A DNA stretch of 64,000 nt from IMGVR_UViG_3300036846_000743:1-64000; one strand, 5' to 3'; numbered from the stretch's first letter, positions 17,840 to 27,518 are shown. Notes: a model not told the origin generated them from the sequence alone. Numbers and translations: made by a program.

Positions 17840-18316
17840 TCAGTCGTTCTCCCGTTCGGCCGCCTCGTCGTCCCGCCGCATCTGCTCGAGATAGGCTGGG
17901 TTGGCCGGCCCGATCACGAACTCGACGGTGCCCACGTAATAGCAGTTGTCGCTGCCCTCGAAGACGATCTCACCGCAGATGTCCCAGGTACAGCCCCGAT
18001 CCAGGTTGGCCGCGGCTTGTTCCGTGACCTCGTCGAAGGTCAGGCCCGGCACTAGCTCCAGCTCGCCGGTCGAGATCACTGTCTTGACGGTCGTCGGCGG
18101 CCGGTCCATCTCCAGCTCGTCGCGGAGAAAGCTGATCGCGGTCTTGACGTTGATCAGGCTGGACGGGACCCGCGTGTCGATGTAGCTCGCGTCCGTGCTG
18201 CGGTCGATGCCGCCGAAGATGTTCCAGGCCATGTCGTAGATGATCTCGGCCTTGATATGATCAGGCAGATCGGCGATCCGCTGCTTCAGCTCTTCAGGTG
18301 TCCAGCGCATCGTCAT
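17840..18316 (-). CDS. Hypothetical protein
   Basis: GAGG RBS before MTMRWTPEE. Confidence 0.55.
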   Translation of the reverse strand: MTMRWTPEELKQRIADLPDHIKAEIIYDMAWNIFGGIDRSTDASYIDTRVPSSLINVKTAISFLRDELEMDRPPTTVKTVISTGELELVPGLTFDEVTEQAAANLDRGCTWDICGEIVFEGSDNCYYVGTVEFVIGPANPAYLEQMRRDDEAAEREND

Positions 18317-18617
18317 CCTCTTCTGCCATCTTTTTAGCAAGTCTGGCACGATAGTCGGCTGCCACGTCGGAACGCAGCGCGTACAGGTATGGCCTTGCAG
18401 TTTTATCGACGCAGAACAGCGAGTCCGGCCGCTGTACGTCTTTGTGCAGCAGGGACCCAATGGTCGCGGCCGGATCGGGTTCGAGCCGGACCGTCCCGTA
18501 CGGTTGTTTCAACCCAAGTTCATTGACGACCATGTACGCGAGTTCTTTCGTCGTACACCAGCCGCCAACTATGCTGAGGGCGTATGCTATTGCCGTCTTG
18601 TATGTGTATCTATGCAT
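18294..18617 (-). CDS. HARE-HTH-like winged-helix protein
   Basis: YKTAIAYALSIVGGWCTTKELAYMVV...PAATIGSLLHKDVQRPDSLF matches the HB1/ASXL/REase HTH pattern. Confidence 0.55.
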   Translation of the reverse strand: MHRYTYKTAIAYALSIVGGWCTTKELAYMVVNELGLKQPYGTVRLEPDPAATIGSLLHKDVQRPDSLFCVDKTARPYLYALRSDVAADYRARLAKKMAEEDDDALDT

Positions 18618-18652
18618 GATGCTCCTGGCATAGAAAAATGGGACCATCTCAT

Positions 18653-19108
18653 CTAAATGTCCACCGCATCGCTGTCACTCTCTTCGATGATGAATTCCAC
18701 AGGCCCACCTGGCGGATAGATGCGCAGGCTCATCTCCAGAGGCTCGATCCGGATCTTGTAGACTTCCGCGGCCCAGCCGGGACGACTGGCCTTGACCCGC
18801 AAGATGGCCAGTTCGCCGGCGGCGTCGACCATGGTGGTCTGGGCTTCGTGCAAACCTCGCAGGAGCGTCGCGACGATCTTGCGACGGCCATGCTCGACAC
18901 GGATGATCCGGTAGAGAATGCCGATGTAGTCAGCAGGTAGCGGATCGTCGTCAATCGTAGGGGTCTCCCGTATGCTCCGCGCCGAGAACCGACTTGATCG
19001 GCTGAGCCGGCGGCTCCCCAGAAGGCGGATCCGCCGGTGCAGGTCCTGGCTCAAAGTTTTGCGGATTGCGCCCGTACCACTGCTCGCGATGCCGGACGGT
19101 CTTGTCAA
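18653..19108 (-). CDS. Hypothetical protein (true start probably near 18960)
   Basis: The 3' half has typical protein composition; the 5' half overlaps the upstream gene. Confidence 0.4.
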   Translation of the reverse strand: MTRPSGIASSGTGAIRKTLSQDLHRRIRLLGSRRLSRSSRFSARSIRETPTIDDDPLPADYIGILYRIIRVEHGRRKIVATLLRGLHEAQTTMVDAAGELAILRVKASRPGWAAEVYKIRIEPLEMSLRIYPPGGPVEFIIEESDSDAVDI

Positions 19109-19460
19109 ACACGCCCAGACAGTCGTCGAGATACTGCGCCAGGATGAAGTCGGGCGTGTTCGACCCGTTCTCCTTGCTGTGCCGGTTGATCAGGCTTTCC
19201 AGCTCCTTGCGGAAGCTATCTGTGCTCTCGCCTCCCATGTACGTTCCTCCCATGCTCTCGATGAGCAGACATATCGTGGCAGAGATTGATGGTTTGTGGT
19301 TGCCGTTGAGCAGCGCGGAGCTGACTGCCGCGAACCAGCCGGTCTTGGCCGCTTCGCCGATCTTACCAGCCTGATCCAGGAACCTGCTGGCCATGTCGAG
19401 CTGGGCCATGATCCCTGTCTGCACGGCGACGAGCCCCCTGATGATCTCACGGGTGGTCAT
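18951..19460 (-). CDS. Hypothetical phage protein
   Basis: Contains FRKELESLINRHSKENGSNTPDFILAQYL, a motif I recall from small uncharacterised phage proteins. Confidence 0.55.
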   Translation of the reverse strand: MTTREIIRGLVAVQTGIMAQLDMASRFLDQAGKIGEAAKTGWFAAVSSALLNGNHKPSISATICLLIESMGGTYMGGESTDSFRKELESLINRHSKENGSNTPDFILAQYLDDCLGVFDKTVRHREQWYGRNPQNFEPGPAPADPPSGEPPAQPIKSVLGAEHTGDPYD

Positions 19461-19987
19461 TCTGGCTCCTGTAAAGAGTCCTGGAGTTCCGCGGCTCCCG
19501 CTTCGTTTTCATCGGCGTAGAGAAATTCCATGGCGTCATCCTTAACCTCGATATCAAACGGACCGGGATGAGTCAGCCGATCGTACAGGTTTTCGGCCAG
19601 ATCGTCCGTAGGGTAGCTCCGATCGCGGAGATTGTCGACATAGTCGGGCCCCCGTCGCAGCAGCTGCTCAGTGACGTCAAACCGGACCGGCTGCCCGTCA
19701 GCTATCACAGCGTCGTTCTTCCATCGCTGAGGAATGAACAAGGCCGTGATAGCGAACCGTGCCTCGACCAGCCGGATCAGGCAGCCCATGGCCACTTCCC
19801 TCATGCTCTCGGGCAGGCGCCAGATCTCTTTCCAGACCTTGCACAGATCTCCCCTGGTCGTAGCGGGATCGGCCAGATGATCCCAGTTGAACAGAACGAC
19901 CTTGACCTCGCTGACCTCATCGTCTTGATCGACTTCGTAGTTGGTCACGCCTTCCTGGGTATGGATCAGCACAGTCGGTGTTTTCAT
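19457..19987 (-). CDS. Hypothetical protein
   Basis: GGGAG RBS; 4-bp overlap tiling. Confidence 0.55.
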   Translation of the reverse strand: MKTPTVLIHTQEGVTNYEVDQDDEVSEVKVVLFNWDHLADPATTRGDLCKVWKEIWRLPESMREVAMGCLIRLVEARFAITALFIPQRWKNDAVIADGQPVRFDVTEQLLRRGPDYVDNLRDRSYPTDDLAENLYDRLTHPGPFDIEVKDDAMEFLYADENEAGAAELQDSLQEPE

Positions 19988-20149
19988 GTCATCTCCCTAC
20001 GCGGTTCAAGTAAGTTGCGATGCAGTACCAGTACCAGGCCCCTTGCTCTTCTGCGCGGGGCAGGCACCACCAGCAAAACCAGAAGCCGCAGATCTGCTGC
20101 TCGAGGTTATCGCGGCGTTCGCAGTAGTAGCATTCGTCGGTTCTCATGG

Positions 20150-21019
20150 TCATGGCTCGAAATACTTGGCCAGTTTGTGCAGGTCACGGGCAAGCCGATA
20201 GAAGCCGTAACGCTCGAAGTCACGGGCCCGCTGGCCACTACGACCGAGCACCTCACCAATCTGGTGAAAGGTCATCGGCGGATCGTCGCCCAGACCGTAG
20301 CGCAGCACAAGAGTCGCCGCCCACAGCGGCTTGAGATATTCCAGCGTGTTGTACAGCTTGTTCCCCAGCCACCTGCGCTCGGCGTAGTCCTCGACGGGAG
20401 GAAGATCGGCGACCAGGTTATCGAGCGCGTCCTGGTTCTCATCAGGATCACGCGCGCGTACCTGGAACGCCCGGCGCCCATGTTCCAGGATCTTGATCTG
20501 CCGTTTCTTGAGCCTGAGCGCCGCCGCCACTGTCGTCCAGTGCGGGATATCGCCGAGCGTGATCATGAGCAGCTGCTCAGCTTTATCCCACCTTTTCAGG
20601 GCTTTGCGAACGGCATCAGGCACGGAGACCAGCTGATCATCGAGATGGATGGCCTTGATGACCCGGTTCACGATGTGATAGCGAGCGTAGGTGATAAAGC
20701 GGGCATTGCCGCCGACTATATAGTCAGGTATGGCTTCGAGAAGGCCGAGGTTACCAGCCTGGATCAGGTCCATGACGCGAACCCGGGAATGTCTGCCTTC
20801 CTCACGGCAGCCGCGCGTGTAAGCCCGGTGGAACCAACCGGCGCACCAGATGACATAGCGGAGATGCCGATGAATCAACTCCTGTCTTGCCTCTTCGCAT
20901 CCTTGCTTGGTCCGTATGATCAGTTCCAGTTCTTGGGCAGGTGTCGGCGGATCTAGCCCCAGTTCTCTGATCTGGCGTAGGTAGGTGGAGCGGCCGCGAC
21001 CCGGTATGCGGGCCTTCAT
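20150..21019 (-). CDS. Phage-encoded sigma70-family RNA polymerase sigma factor (regions 1.2, 2, 3, 4; no region 1.1)
   Basis: TYLRQI (1.2), ARQELIHRHLRYV (2.1), DLIQAGNLGLLEAI (2.2), RFITYA (2.3), VLVL-like TLVLRYGL...MTFHQIGEVLG (4). Confidence 0.9.
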   Translation of the reverse strand: MKARIPGRGRSTYLRQIRELGLDPPTPAQELELIIRTKQGCEEARQELIHRHLRYVIWCAGWFHRAYTRGCREEGRHSRVRVMDLIQAGNLGLLEAIPDYIVGGNARFITYARYHIVNRVIKAIHLDDQLVSVPDAVRKALKRWDKAEQLLMITLGDIPHWTTVAAALRLKKRQIKILEHGRRAFQVRARDPDENQDALDNLVADLPPVEDYAERRWLGNKLYNTLEYLKPLWAATLVLRYGLGDDPPMTFHQIGEVLGRSGQRARDFERYGFYRLARDLHKLAKYFEP

Positions 21020-21055
21020 GTTCTCCCCTTCACGGCGGCCAGGCGCGCGGTCGAA

Positions 21056-23908
21056 CTAACCGCACGGCCCTGGATTGCCGCAGTTGTCGCAACGATAGCA
21101 GCGGGCCCCGTTGGGGACCATGACCGTGCCGCAGATGCGGCATGGCGGTCCCGTGAGCCGGGCCGTGGCCAGCCGTGAAGCCGTCATGGTAGCAACGCCA
21201 TTGCTTATGCTGTTGCCAGCGACGATAGTCGTCGATACAGGCTTCACATCGAAGTGATCTTCCGAGTGCCGCACGGGCACATTCTGCTCACGGTAGCCGG
21301 GGATGAACCGCATGCCCATCCATCTGAAGATGTAGTCAACGACACTCCGGGCAATAGGGATGTCCGGGTTCTTGGTGAATCCTGATGGATCGAACCGGGT
21401 GTACGTGAATTTGTCGACGTAGACACCGATGGGCACGCCGTATTGGAGGCCCATCGAGATCAGGGTGCCGATGGTGTCCATCAGCCCGCCGACGGTTGAT
21501 CCCTCCTTGGCCATCGTGATGAATAGCTCGCCAGGAGTGCCGTCGTCGTAGAGGCCGACGATCAGGTAGCCTTCGCAGTTACCGTCGATCGTAAACTTAT
21601 GGGTTACCGACCCGCGGGTATCTGGTAACCGGCGTCGGTAGGGCGCCGTCTGGATGGCCGCGGCCACCGTCGCCGCCATTGTTTCGATCTCCTGCTTCAT
21701 GACCACCGGCTGGCTCCCCTTGGAGCCATCCCGGAATATGGCCAGAGCTTTCAGGCCCAGCTTCCAGCCCAGCAGGTAGGCATCCCTGATCTGGTCGACC
21801 GTCGCGTCGGCCGGCAGGTTACAGGTCTTTGAGATCGCCCCCGAGACGAATGGCTGGGCCGCCCCCATCATCTTGACGTGGCCCGCGAACGGTATCGATC
21901 GCTCACCACTGGCCGGCACGAAAGCACAGTCGAAGACCGGCAGATCATGAGTCTTCATGTAAGGCGCGCCCTCGATCGTGCCGGTCTCCTCCATGTGGGC
22001 CAGGATCGCGGTGATGTGCTCAGGCTTGTAGCGCAGAGCTTCGAGCGCAATCGGCACCGTGTGATTGACGATCTTGAGCTGTCCGCCGCCGGCCAGGTTC
22101 TTGTACTTCACCAGGCCGATCTCGGGCTCGATGCCGGTGGTATCAGCTCCCATCATGAAAGCGATCGTGCCGGTGGGCGCGATCACCGAGATCTGACTGT
22201 TGCGATAGCCATGGGCCTGGCCGGCGCTGATGACCTCGTTCCATACCTTCCAGGCAATATCCGTCAGCTCATGATCGACCGACCCGGGATCGATCGCGAG
22301 CAGCGCACTACGATGCAGCTCCATGACCTTGAGCATCGGCTCACGGTTCTCGGCAAAGCCCTCGAACGGCCCTGCGACGCTGGCCAGCTCGGCTGAAGTC
22401 AGGTATCCCTGACCAGTCAGGATAGCTGTCAGGGCAGCGCAGGTAGCACGGCCCTCGGGGCTGTCGTAGGGCTTGCCCATGGCCATGATCAGGGCGCCCA
22501 GGTTGCAGTAGCCCAGGCCCAGCGGCCGGAAGCGATGACTGTTCTCGGCGATCTTGGGCGTCGGATAGCTGCCGTGATCGACCAGGATCTCCTGGGCCGT
22601 GATCATGATCCGGCAGGCTGCGCGGTAACGGTTCACATCGAATGAACCGTCTTCTCGCCGGAACTTCATCAAGTTGAGCGAGGCCAGATTGCAGGACGTA
22701 TCGTCCAGGAACATGAACTCACTGCACGGATTCGATGCGTTAATAGGACCGGTGTTGGGACACGTATGCCACTGCTGGATCGTGTCTTCGTACTGGAGCC
22801 CGGGGTCGCCGCAGGCCCAGGTACCCGTAGCGATCTTGTCCATGAGATCGACCGCGCTATAGACCGGCATCTCGCCGACGGGCGTGCCGGGCACGACCGG
22901 TACTGTCTGCCACTGAGCCCCATTATCAGCGGCCCGGAGGAATTCGCCGGTAGCCCGGACGCTCATGTTGCAGTTCTGGTAACGAACCGAAGCATAAGCC
23001 TCGCCATTGAAGTCGGGATCGTAGCCGGCGGCAATCAGGGCCTGGGCCTTGCGTTCTTCTTTGGCCTTGGCCTCGATGAACTCCAGGATATCTGGATGAG
23101 TGCACTTGAGTGACTGCATCTTGGCCGCGCGCCGGGTCTTGCCGCCGCTCTTGACCGTCGAGGCCACGCCGTCGTAGATCTGCATGAAGGACACTGGACC
23201 TGACGCCATGCCACCGCCTGAAACTTTCTCGCGGCTCGACCGGAGCGTCGACAGGTCGGTACCCGTGCCTGAGCCATACTTGAAGAGCATGGCCTCAGAG
23301 GTCGCCAGAGTCATGATGCCTTCCATGTCGTCGGTGACCGACTGGATGAAGCAGGCCGAGCCCTGGGGGTGCTTGTAGGCGTCCCCGGGCTGGACCTTGA
23401 CCGTGCTCTCCGTCTTCCGGTCCCAGTGCCACGACCGGCTGGTGCCCTGGATGCCGTACTGGTGATACAGCCCCACGTTGAACCAGACAGGCGAGTTGAA
23501 GGCCGCATACTGCTGGAGCAGCAGCACCACCAGTTCGTCGAAGAAGATGTCGGCGCTGGCCTGGTCGCAGAAGATCCCGTAGCTGATGCCCTGCTGGGTG
23601 ATCGTGCGCGCCACCCGGTGCACCAGCTGGCGGACGCTGCTCTCGCGCTCGGGCCGGCCATCTTCCAGCTGTCTTTGCGAATCACCGTAGAAGTACTTGG
23701 ATACCACCACGTTGGTGGAAACATCAGTGTAGCTGGCCGGAACTTCGGCATCGTCCTGCCGGAATATCTCCTGGCCCTTGTCATCGCGGATGACAGCCAT
23801 CCGTTTGGTCCAGCGAACCGACTCGAATGGATCTTGGCCCTCTTTGCTGAAGATGCGCTCGAAACCCAGCCCCGCACTGGGGGCTGCCGTGACCGCTACG
23901 GTATTCAT
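21056..23908 (-). CDS. nrdJ: Class II (adenosylcobalamin-dependent) ribonucleotide reductase with C-terminal TSCPD and zinc-ribbon domains
   Basis: FNSPVWFN, SACFI, NASNPCSEFMFLDDTSCNLASLNL, IAPTGTI, GAISKTCN, RRRLPDTRGSVTHKF, CRICG...CDNCG; AAGGA RBS before MNTV. Confidence 0.95.
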   Translation of the reverse strand: MNTVAVTAAPSAGLGFERIFSKEGQDPFESVRWTKRMAVIRDDKGQEIFRQDDAEVPASYTDVSTNVVVSKYFYGDSQRQLEDGRPERESSVRQLVHRVARTITQQGISYGIFCDQASADIFFDELVVLLLQQYAAFNSPVWFNVGLYHQYGIQGTSRSWHWDRKTESTVKVQPGDAYKHPQGSACFIQSVTDDMEGIMTLATSEAMLFKYGSGTGTDLSTLRSSREKVSGGGMASGPVSFMQIYDGVASTVKSGGKTRRAAKMQSLKCTHPDILEFIEAKAKEERKAQALIAAGYDPDFNGEAYASVRYQNCNMSVRATGEFLRAADNGAQWQTVPVVPGTPVGEMPVYSAVDLMDKIATGTWACGDPGLQYEDTIQQWHTCPNTGPINASNPCSEFMFLDDTSCNLASLNLMKFRREDGSFDVNRYRAACRIMITAQEILVDHGSYPTPKIAENSHRFRPLGLGYCNLGALIMAMGKPYDSPEGRATCAALTAILTGQGYLTSAELASVAGPFEGFAENREPMLKVMELHRSALLAIDPGSVDHELTDIAWKVWNEVISAGQAHGYRNSQISVIAPTGTIAFMMGADTTGIEPEIGLVKYKNLAGGGQLKIVNHTVPIALEALRYKPEHITAILAHMEETGTIEGAPYMKTHDLPVFDCAFVPASGERSIPFAGHVKMMGAAQPFVSGAISKTCNLPADATVDQIRDAYLLGWKLGLKALAIFRDGSKGSQPVVMKQEIETMAATVAAAIQTAPYRRRLPDTRGSVTHKFTIDGNCEGYLIVGLYDDGTPGELFITMAKEGSTVGGLMDTIGTLISMGLQYGVPIGVYVDKFTYTRFDPSGFTKNPDIPIARSVVDYIFRWMGMRFIPGYREQNVPVRHSEDHFDVKPVSTTIVAGNSISNGVATMTASRLATARLTGPPCRICGTVMVPNGARCYRCDNCGNPGPCG

Positions 23909-24222
23909 GTCTGGTTCCTTGGGATCAGCAGGGAATACGGAGTCTCCTCGGGGCCGGCCTCGCGGTGAGGCGGCTGATGAAGTGCATCGCTCAGGCGGCT
24001 CTTGCCAGTCCCGAAGGACCGTTGGCATGCGAGGGCCGCCTGATCATATCGCACCTCCGTGTAAAGCCCGGTGCTCCATCAGTGAACAACAGTCGGCGTG
24101 GCCCGCTGGGTGTCATGCCCTGCCGCCGACCGTCTACCGGGGGTTTATCCTACACGGCGCAGGCCACCTGGCCAACCCAGGCCCTGTCGCGATCTAGCAG
24201 TTATGCCGCAACTGTAGGTATA

Positions 24223-24906
24223 TTACGTGTTTGCGTTGATATTATAGATCTCGGCGTCGAGAACACGCGCGCCATTGCCCTTGGGTTTCAGCCGGACCGC
24301 AGCAATCGCGTCGCGCGCGACGCCCGCTACCTCGTCGGCGAGCTTGTTGAGTCCGACCGTGCAGCGCGCGATCCAGTGAAAGTGGAAGATGTAGCCAGCT
24401 CGTTCGAGTTGAAGCAGAACGTTCCAGAGCGGCCGCTTCTTGCGGAGCTTGATCGCGGGCTGACCGCCCTGGGCCAAGAGGTTCCAGTGCTTGACAGTCG
24501 TATCATTATCCGTGAGCACGTGCACGTTGAGTATAGGTCGACCCGTCCGGATCGTAGCCGTGTGCCTGTGGAACTCGTCATACCACAGGATCGCGTGCAC
24601 GGCCGGCATCAGCTCGGCGATGGTGATCGAGCCCGTCGACATGCCGCCGTAGAAAGCACGTCTGCGGGCCAGATGCCGGTCAATCAGCGTGCAGCCCCAG
24701 CCGCACGGCTTGTCCCACCAGCAGCCAGCACCGTCGCCAATGATCAGGATGTCCCATGTATCGGGAATGCCGGCTTCCGTGATGATCTTATCGAGGCTCT
24801 TCTGAGCATACTCCGGTACCAGCGGAGCTGATGTCCTGTTTTGTTTCAACCCCTGGCGGAGATGGTACCCGTTGCGGTTGTGCTGCTTCTGCCTCTGCTT
24901 TGGCAT
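24223..24906 (-). CDS. RNase HI-like nuclease
   Basis: IIGDGAG (D), TIAELMP (E), VLTDN (D), FHWI...NKLADEVA (N..AD): the RNase H catalytic constellation. Confidence 0.8.
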   Translation of the reverse strand: MPKQRQKQHNRNGYHLRQGLKQNRTSAPLVPEYAQKSLDKIITEAGIPDTWDILIIGDGAGCWWDKPCGWGCTLIDRHLARRRAFYGGMSTGSITIAELMPAVHAILWYDEFHRHTATIRTGRPILNVHVLTDNDTTVKHWNLLAQGGQPAIKLRKKRPLWNVLLQLERAGYIFHFHWIARCTVGLNKLADEVAGVARDAIAAVRLKPKGNGARVLDAEIYNINANT

Positions 24907-25246
24907 CAGTGAGTTTCCTCGCATACCGGCCAAGCATCTGATCGAGGATCTGGACATCACGCTGACTATTGGTTATCAGCTGCGTGCCGACCCGCACCCA
25001 GACATCAAACAGTCGCACGTTCTGATCAGGGCGGAGCTGTGGCCCCTCCGCGCCGATGATCATTGCCGACATGACACCCATCAGCTGTTTGGAGAGGAAC
25101 ATGACCCCGATAGCCTCGACCTCGGGGTGGTCAGCCATGATTGACCGACATTCTCTCTCGAGCCGCTCGCGGATATCCACGTCAAGCGTTTTCTTCACGG
25201 TTCTGACTCCCGCGATCGTAGCCATGTTCGTGGCCGAGCCACGCAT
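24788..25246 (-). CDS. Hypothetical protein
   Basis: 152 aa ORF with a coiled-coil-like C-terminus. Confidence 0.55.
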   Translation of the reverse strand: MRGSATNMATIAGVRTVKKTLDVDIRERLERECRSIMADHPEVEAIGVMFLSKQLMGVMSAMIIGAEGPQLRPDQNVRLFDVWVRVGTQLITNSQRDVQILDQMLGRYARKLTDAKAEAEAAQPQRVPSPPGVETKQDISSAGTGVCSEEPR

Positions 25247-25538
25247 TCAGGAGCCACGCCATTCGGCCCACGGCCAGCGCAACGAGCAAGATACGTAGAA
25301 TGAGCCCGGCCCACCTGGGAACGCCCATGGGTAAGGCCCAGAGCCCCAGGGTGAGCCAGATCGGAACTTGATAGTTCAGACACAGGCTGCACCCCATCAG
25401 CTCGGAGAACGTGTTCTCCCAGGTCTCGATCCGGGCGCGCCAGCCGGCGAAGATCGAGCCGTTGAGCCAGACGTCCACGACCGCTCCTGTCGCCAGGGCT
25501 AGCAGGATGACATCGATCAGAAGGTCGAATCCGTTCAT
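25182..25538 (-). CDS. DUF1360-like membrane protein
   Basis: Hydrophobic helices flanking IFAGWR...SELMGCSLCLNY (CxxC). Confidence 0.55.
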   Translation of the reverse strand: MNGFDLLIDVILLALATGAVVDVWLNGSIFAGWRARIETWENTFSELMGCSLCLNYQVPIWLTLGLWALPMGVPRWAGLILRILLVALAVGRMAWLLNAWLGHEHGYDRGSQNREENA

Positions 25539-25771
25539 GCTGGTAATTCGCCGGCTTCTCCCCATGGCCAGATATCGCTCTGGCCTCGATCAGGCGGCGG
25601 ACACCCGTTTTCATACCCGATCAAGCACGGATCAGGATGGGGTGGCACGAGCGGGTAGACGTGTACGGGATTGTTGCTTGGCGCGACCGACGGCAGGGGA
25701 TGACGCTGGGTGGGAAATATCCCTACGCGCTCCAGAAAATAGGCCGCCGATCGCGTCGTAGGATAGGACAT
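25535..25771 (-). CDS. Hypothetical protein
   Basis: ORF tiling with overlapping start/stop. Confidence 0.4.
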   Translation of the reverse strand: MSYPTTRSAAYFLERVGIFPTQRHPLPSVAPSNNPVHVYPLVPPHPDPCLIGYENGCPPPDRGQSDIWPWGEAGELPA

Positions 25772-26106
25772 CAGTCTGCTCCGTGACTATCGTGTTCTGG
25801 CGTCATTGTGGGATCGTCATGCCGGTGAGTCAACGGCTTCTCCAGATCCCGTTTCAGAACCTCCAGGAGCGATAGGACCCGTTCCGGCGGCGGATGGTAG
25901 CGGCGCCGGCCCCAGGCGTAGTGGACCGACCAGTGCAGGCAGAGCAGGCTCACGTCGACGACGATGACGTGTTCCCGCCGCCCCGAGCCGTCGGTCAGTC
26001 GGGGCCGAACATAGACACGCATCGGCAGCGCCCACTCCCAGGTGGCGATCTCGATGGACCACCACAAGGGATAGGCATACCGGCGATGCAGCCTCCAGAT
26101 CATGAT
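25771..26106 (-). CDS. Hypothetical Trp-rich protein
   Basis: Probable start MIMIWRLH; tiles with neighbours. Confidence 0.4.
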   Translation of the reverse strand: MMIWRLHRRYAYPLWWSIEIATWEWALPMRVYVRPRLTDGSGRREHVIVVDVSLLCLHWSVHYAWGRRRYHPPPERVLSLLEVLKRDLEKPLTHRHDDPTMTPEHDSHGAD

Positions 26107-26483
26107 CAATCCCTGCCCACGAGCCCACGCCCGTGAATGTAGTCGGTCATGAACGCCGCGCGGACTTCCTTGGCGTTGGTACAGACCGCGTAAGCCATGA
26201 TCTCGCACGTGGCACCGTCGAAGACAGCGACGATCCGGCCAGCATCGAGATCACGCCGGAGTTCGGCGGTATCCTCACGGTCGAGCAGACGAATGCCGGG
26301 TTCGTCCGCTTCGGCCTTGATGATCGTCATGTCCAGGTCAGGGTTCCTGGGCTGATCAGCGTCGACGACCGCTTCGAAGGCGCGGGCGGCAACGGCCGAC
26401 CAGTTGACGGGCGGATCTTGGACGTCCATCCACGCTTTGAGCTGCGCTGGAATGCTGATTGTCATCCGTACATTCTTGGGCAT
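26106..26483 (-). CDS. Hypothetical protein with an N-terminal ribbon-helix-helix-like segment
   Basis: MPKNVRMTISIPAQLKAWMD...VNWSAVAARAF resembles an RHH DNA-binding pattern. Confidence 0.5.
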   Translation of the reverse strand: MPKNVRMTISIPAQLKAWMDVQDPPVNWSAVAARAFEAVVDADQPRNPDLDMTIIKAEADEPGIRLLDREDTAELRRDLDAGRIVAVFDGATCEIMAYAVCTNAKEVRAAFMTDYIHGRGLVGRD

Positions 26484-26490
26484 AGTGTCC

Positions 26491-26700
26491 TCACAAGCAA
26501 AGGTTCAGTGTTGATCGGTTGCTGGAAATGATCTCGGCCTTCCAGCCTTCGATCCGTGCGTCGGACAGGGCCTCGATCGCCTGGTGCTTGGCATCGGCCG
26601 GATTGGCAGCGACGCCTTCCCAGGTGCCATGGGGGTGCCAGATGCCGTCATCATCCCGCCAGTAAACGGCGACCTTGTAAGCCCTCGGTGATCTATTCAT
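26491..26700 (-). CDS. Hypothetical protein
   Basis: AGGAG RBS; 69 aa. Confidence 0.5.
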   Translation of the reverse strand: MNRSPRAYKVAVYWRDDDGIWHPHGTWEGVAANPADAKHQAIEALSDARIEGWKAEIISSNRSTLNLCL

Positions 26701-27457
26701 TGCGATATCCGTCTCCTTGAAAAAACGCGGCTAATTCCTCGGGGTCGGGGCCCCAGTCAAACCGTGGGTAACGGCAACGACGAGGATCATAGGGTGGCAA
26801 CGATCCGCAATACTTGGCCCCGTAGACGCCGACGAAGAGCCCATTCCACCACCACTTGTCGGCTTCATAGTAGACCTCGACGTCGCTTCTGAGATTCGCG
26901 GTGAACAGCTTCCAGTGTGCCAGGGGATGCCATGAGCGAGCGGGCCGTGCAATCCGCATGCCTTCGCGGACCTGGAACGTATTCCAGTCGTCAACGACCA
27001 CGATACACGTGTCGGCCAGAGCGGGGGCAAGATATTCGATGGCGCGCTGTGTACCGGCCGTGCTGTGATCGGCGTCATAGAAAAGCACGTCGATCGGTGG
27101 CAGCCGATCGAGTTGAACTTCCCAGAGCGTGCTAGCGATCAGTTCGACCGGTGCCATTTCTCGATGTGCCGCCAGGTTAGCCTCGCAAATATCCTGCCCG
27201 CCGAACAGCTGGAAGTTATCGATCGTGATGAACCGGCCGTGATTGCCGTAGCTGGCTGAGAGCGCGGTGGCTCCATAGAATGTGCCTACTTCAAGGAAGT
27301 GGCAGTCATCGAAGCTGCACAGGTTATTCAGGAGCCGGCGATTCATCGCCGAGCTGAGCCCGTGGATGGCCAGCACGGACTCCGGGACCTTGGATACCCC
27401 GCGATAGGCATCAGCGATGGCACAGGTCGCATGCATGACGAGATCGACTGGCTCCAT
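26693..27457 (-). CDS. Class I SAM-dependent methyltransferase (Methyltransf_24-like)
   Basis: FLEVGTFYGATA, ITIDNF, IDVLFYDADHS, CIVVVDDWN. Confidence 0.85.
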   Translation of the reverse strand: MEPVDLVMHATCAIADAYRGVSKVPESVLAIHGLSSAMNRRLLNNLCSFDDCHFLEVGTFYGATALSASYGNHGRFITIDNFQLFGGQDICEANLAAHREMAPVELIASTLWEVQLDRLPPIDVLFYDADHSTAGTQRAIEYLAPALADTCIVVVDDWNTFQVREGMRIARPARSWHPLAHWKLFTANLRSDVEVYYEADKWWWNGLFVGVYGAKYCGSLPPYDPRRCRYPRFDWGPDPEELAAFFQGDGYRNE

Positions 27458-27518
27458 TGTGCGGGGCTCCTCTCGCGTTGTAGCATCGGGCGGGGCCTGA
27501 AGTTCAAGGGAAGATAGC

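Noticed and set aside
18653-18681. Plus-strand CTAAA-N16-GTCAC match to the candidate promoter
   Set aside because: Overlaps a stop codon and coding sequence, has a poor -10 half and has no plus-strand gene downstream; likely chance.
19568-20956. Long plus-strand ORFs (also 10427-11386, 43336-44811, 56767-57858, 60455-61810)
   Set aside because: Antisense shadows of well-supported minus-strand genes in GC-rich DNA; no recognisable motifs.
24206-24224. Possible NrdR box upstream of nrdJ
   Set aside because: Single imperfect match that needs a gap; NrdR boxes normally occur as tandem 16-mers.
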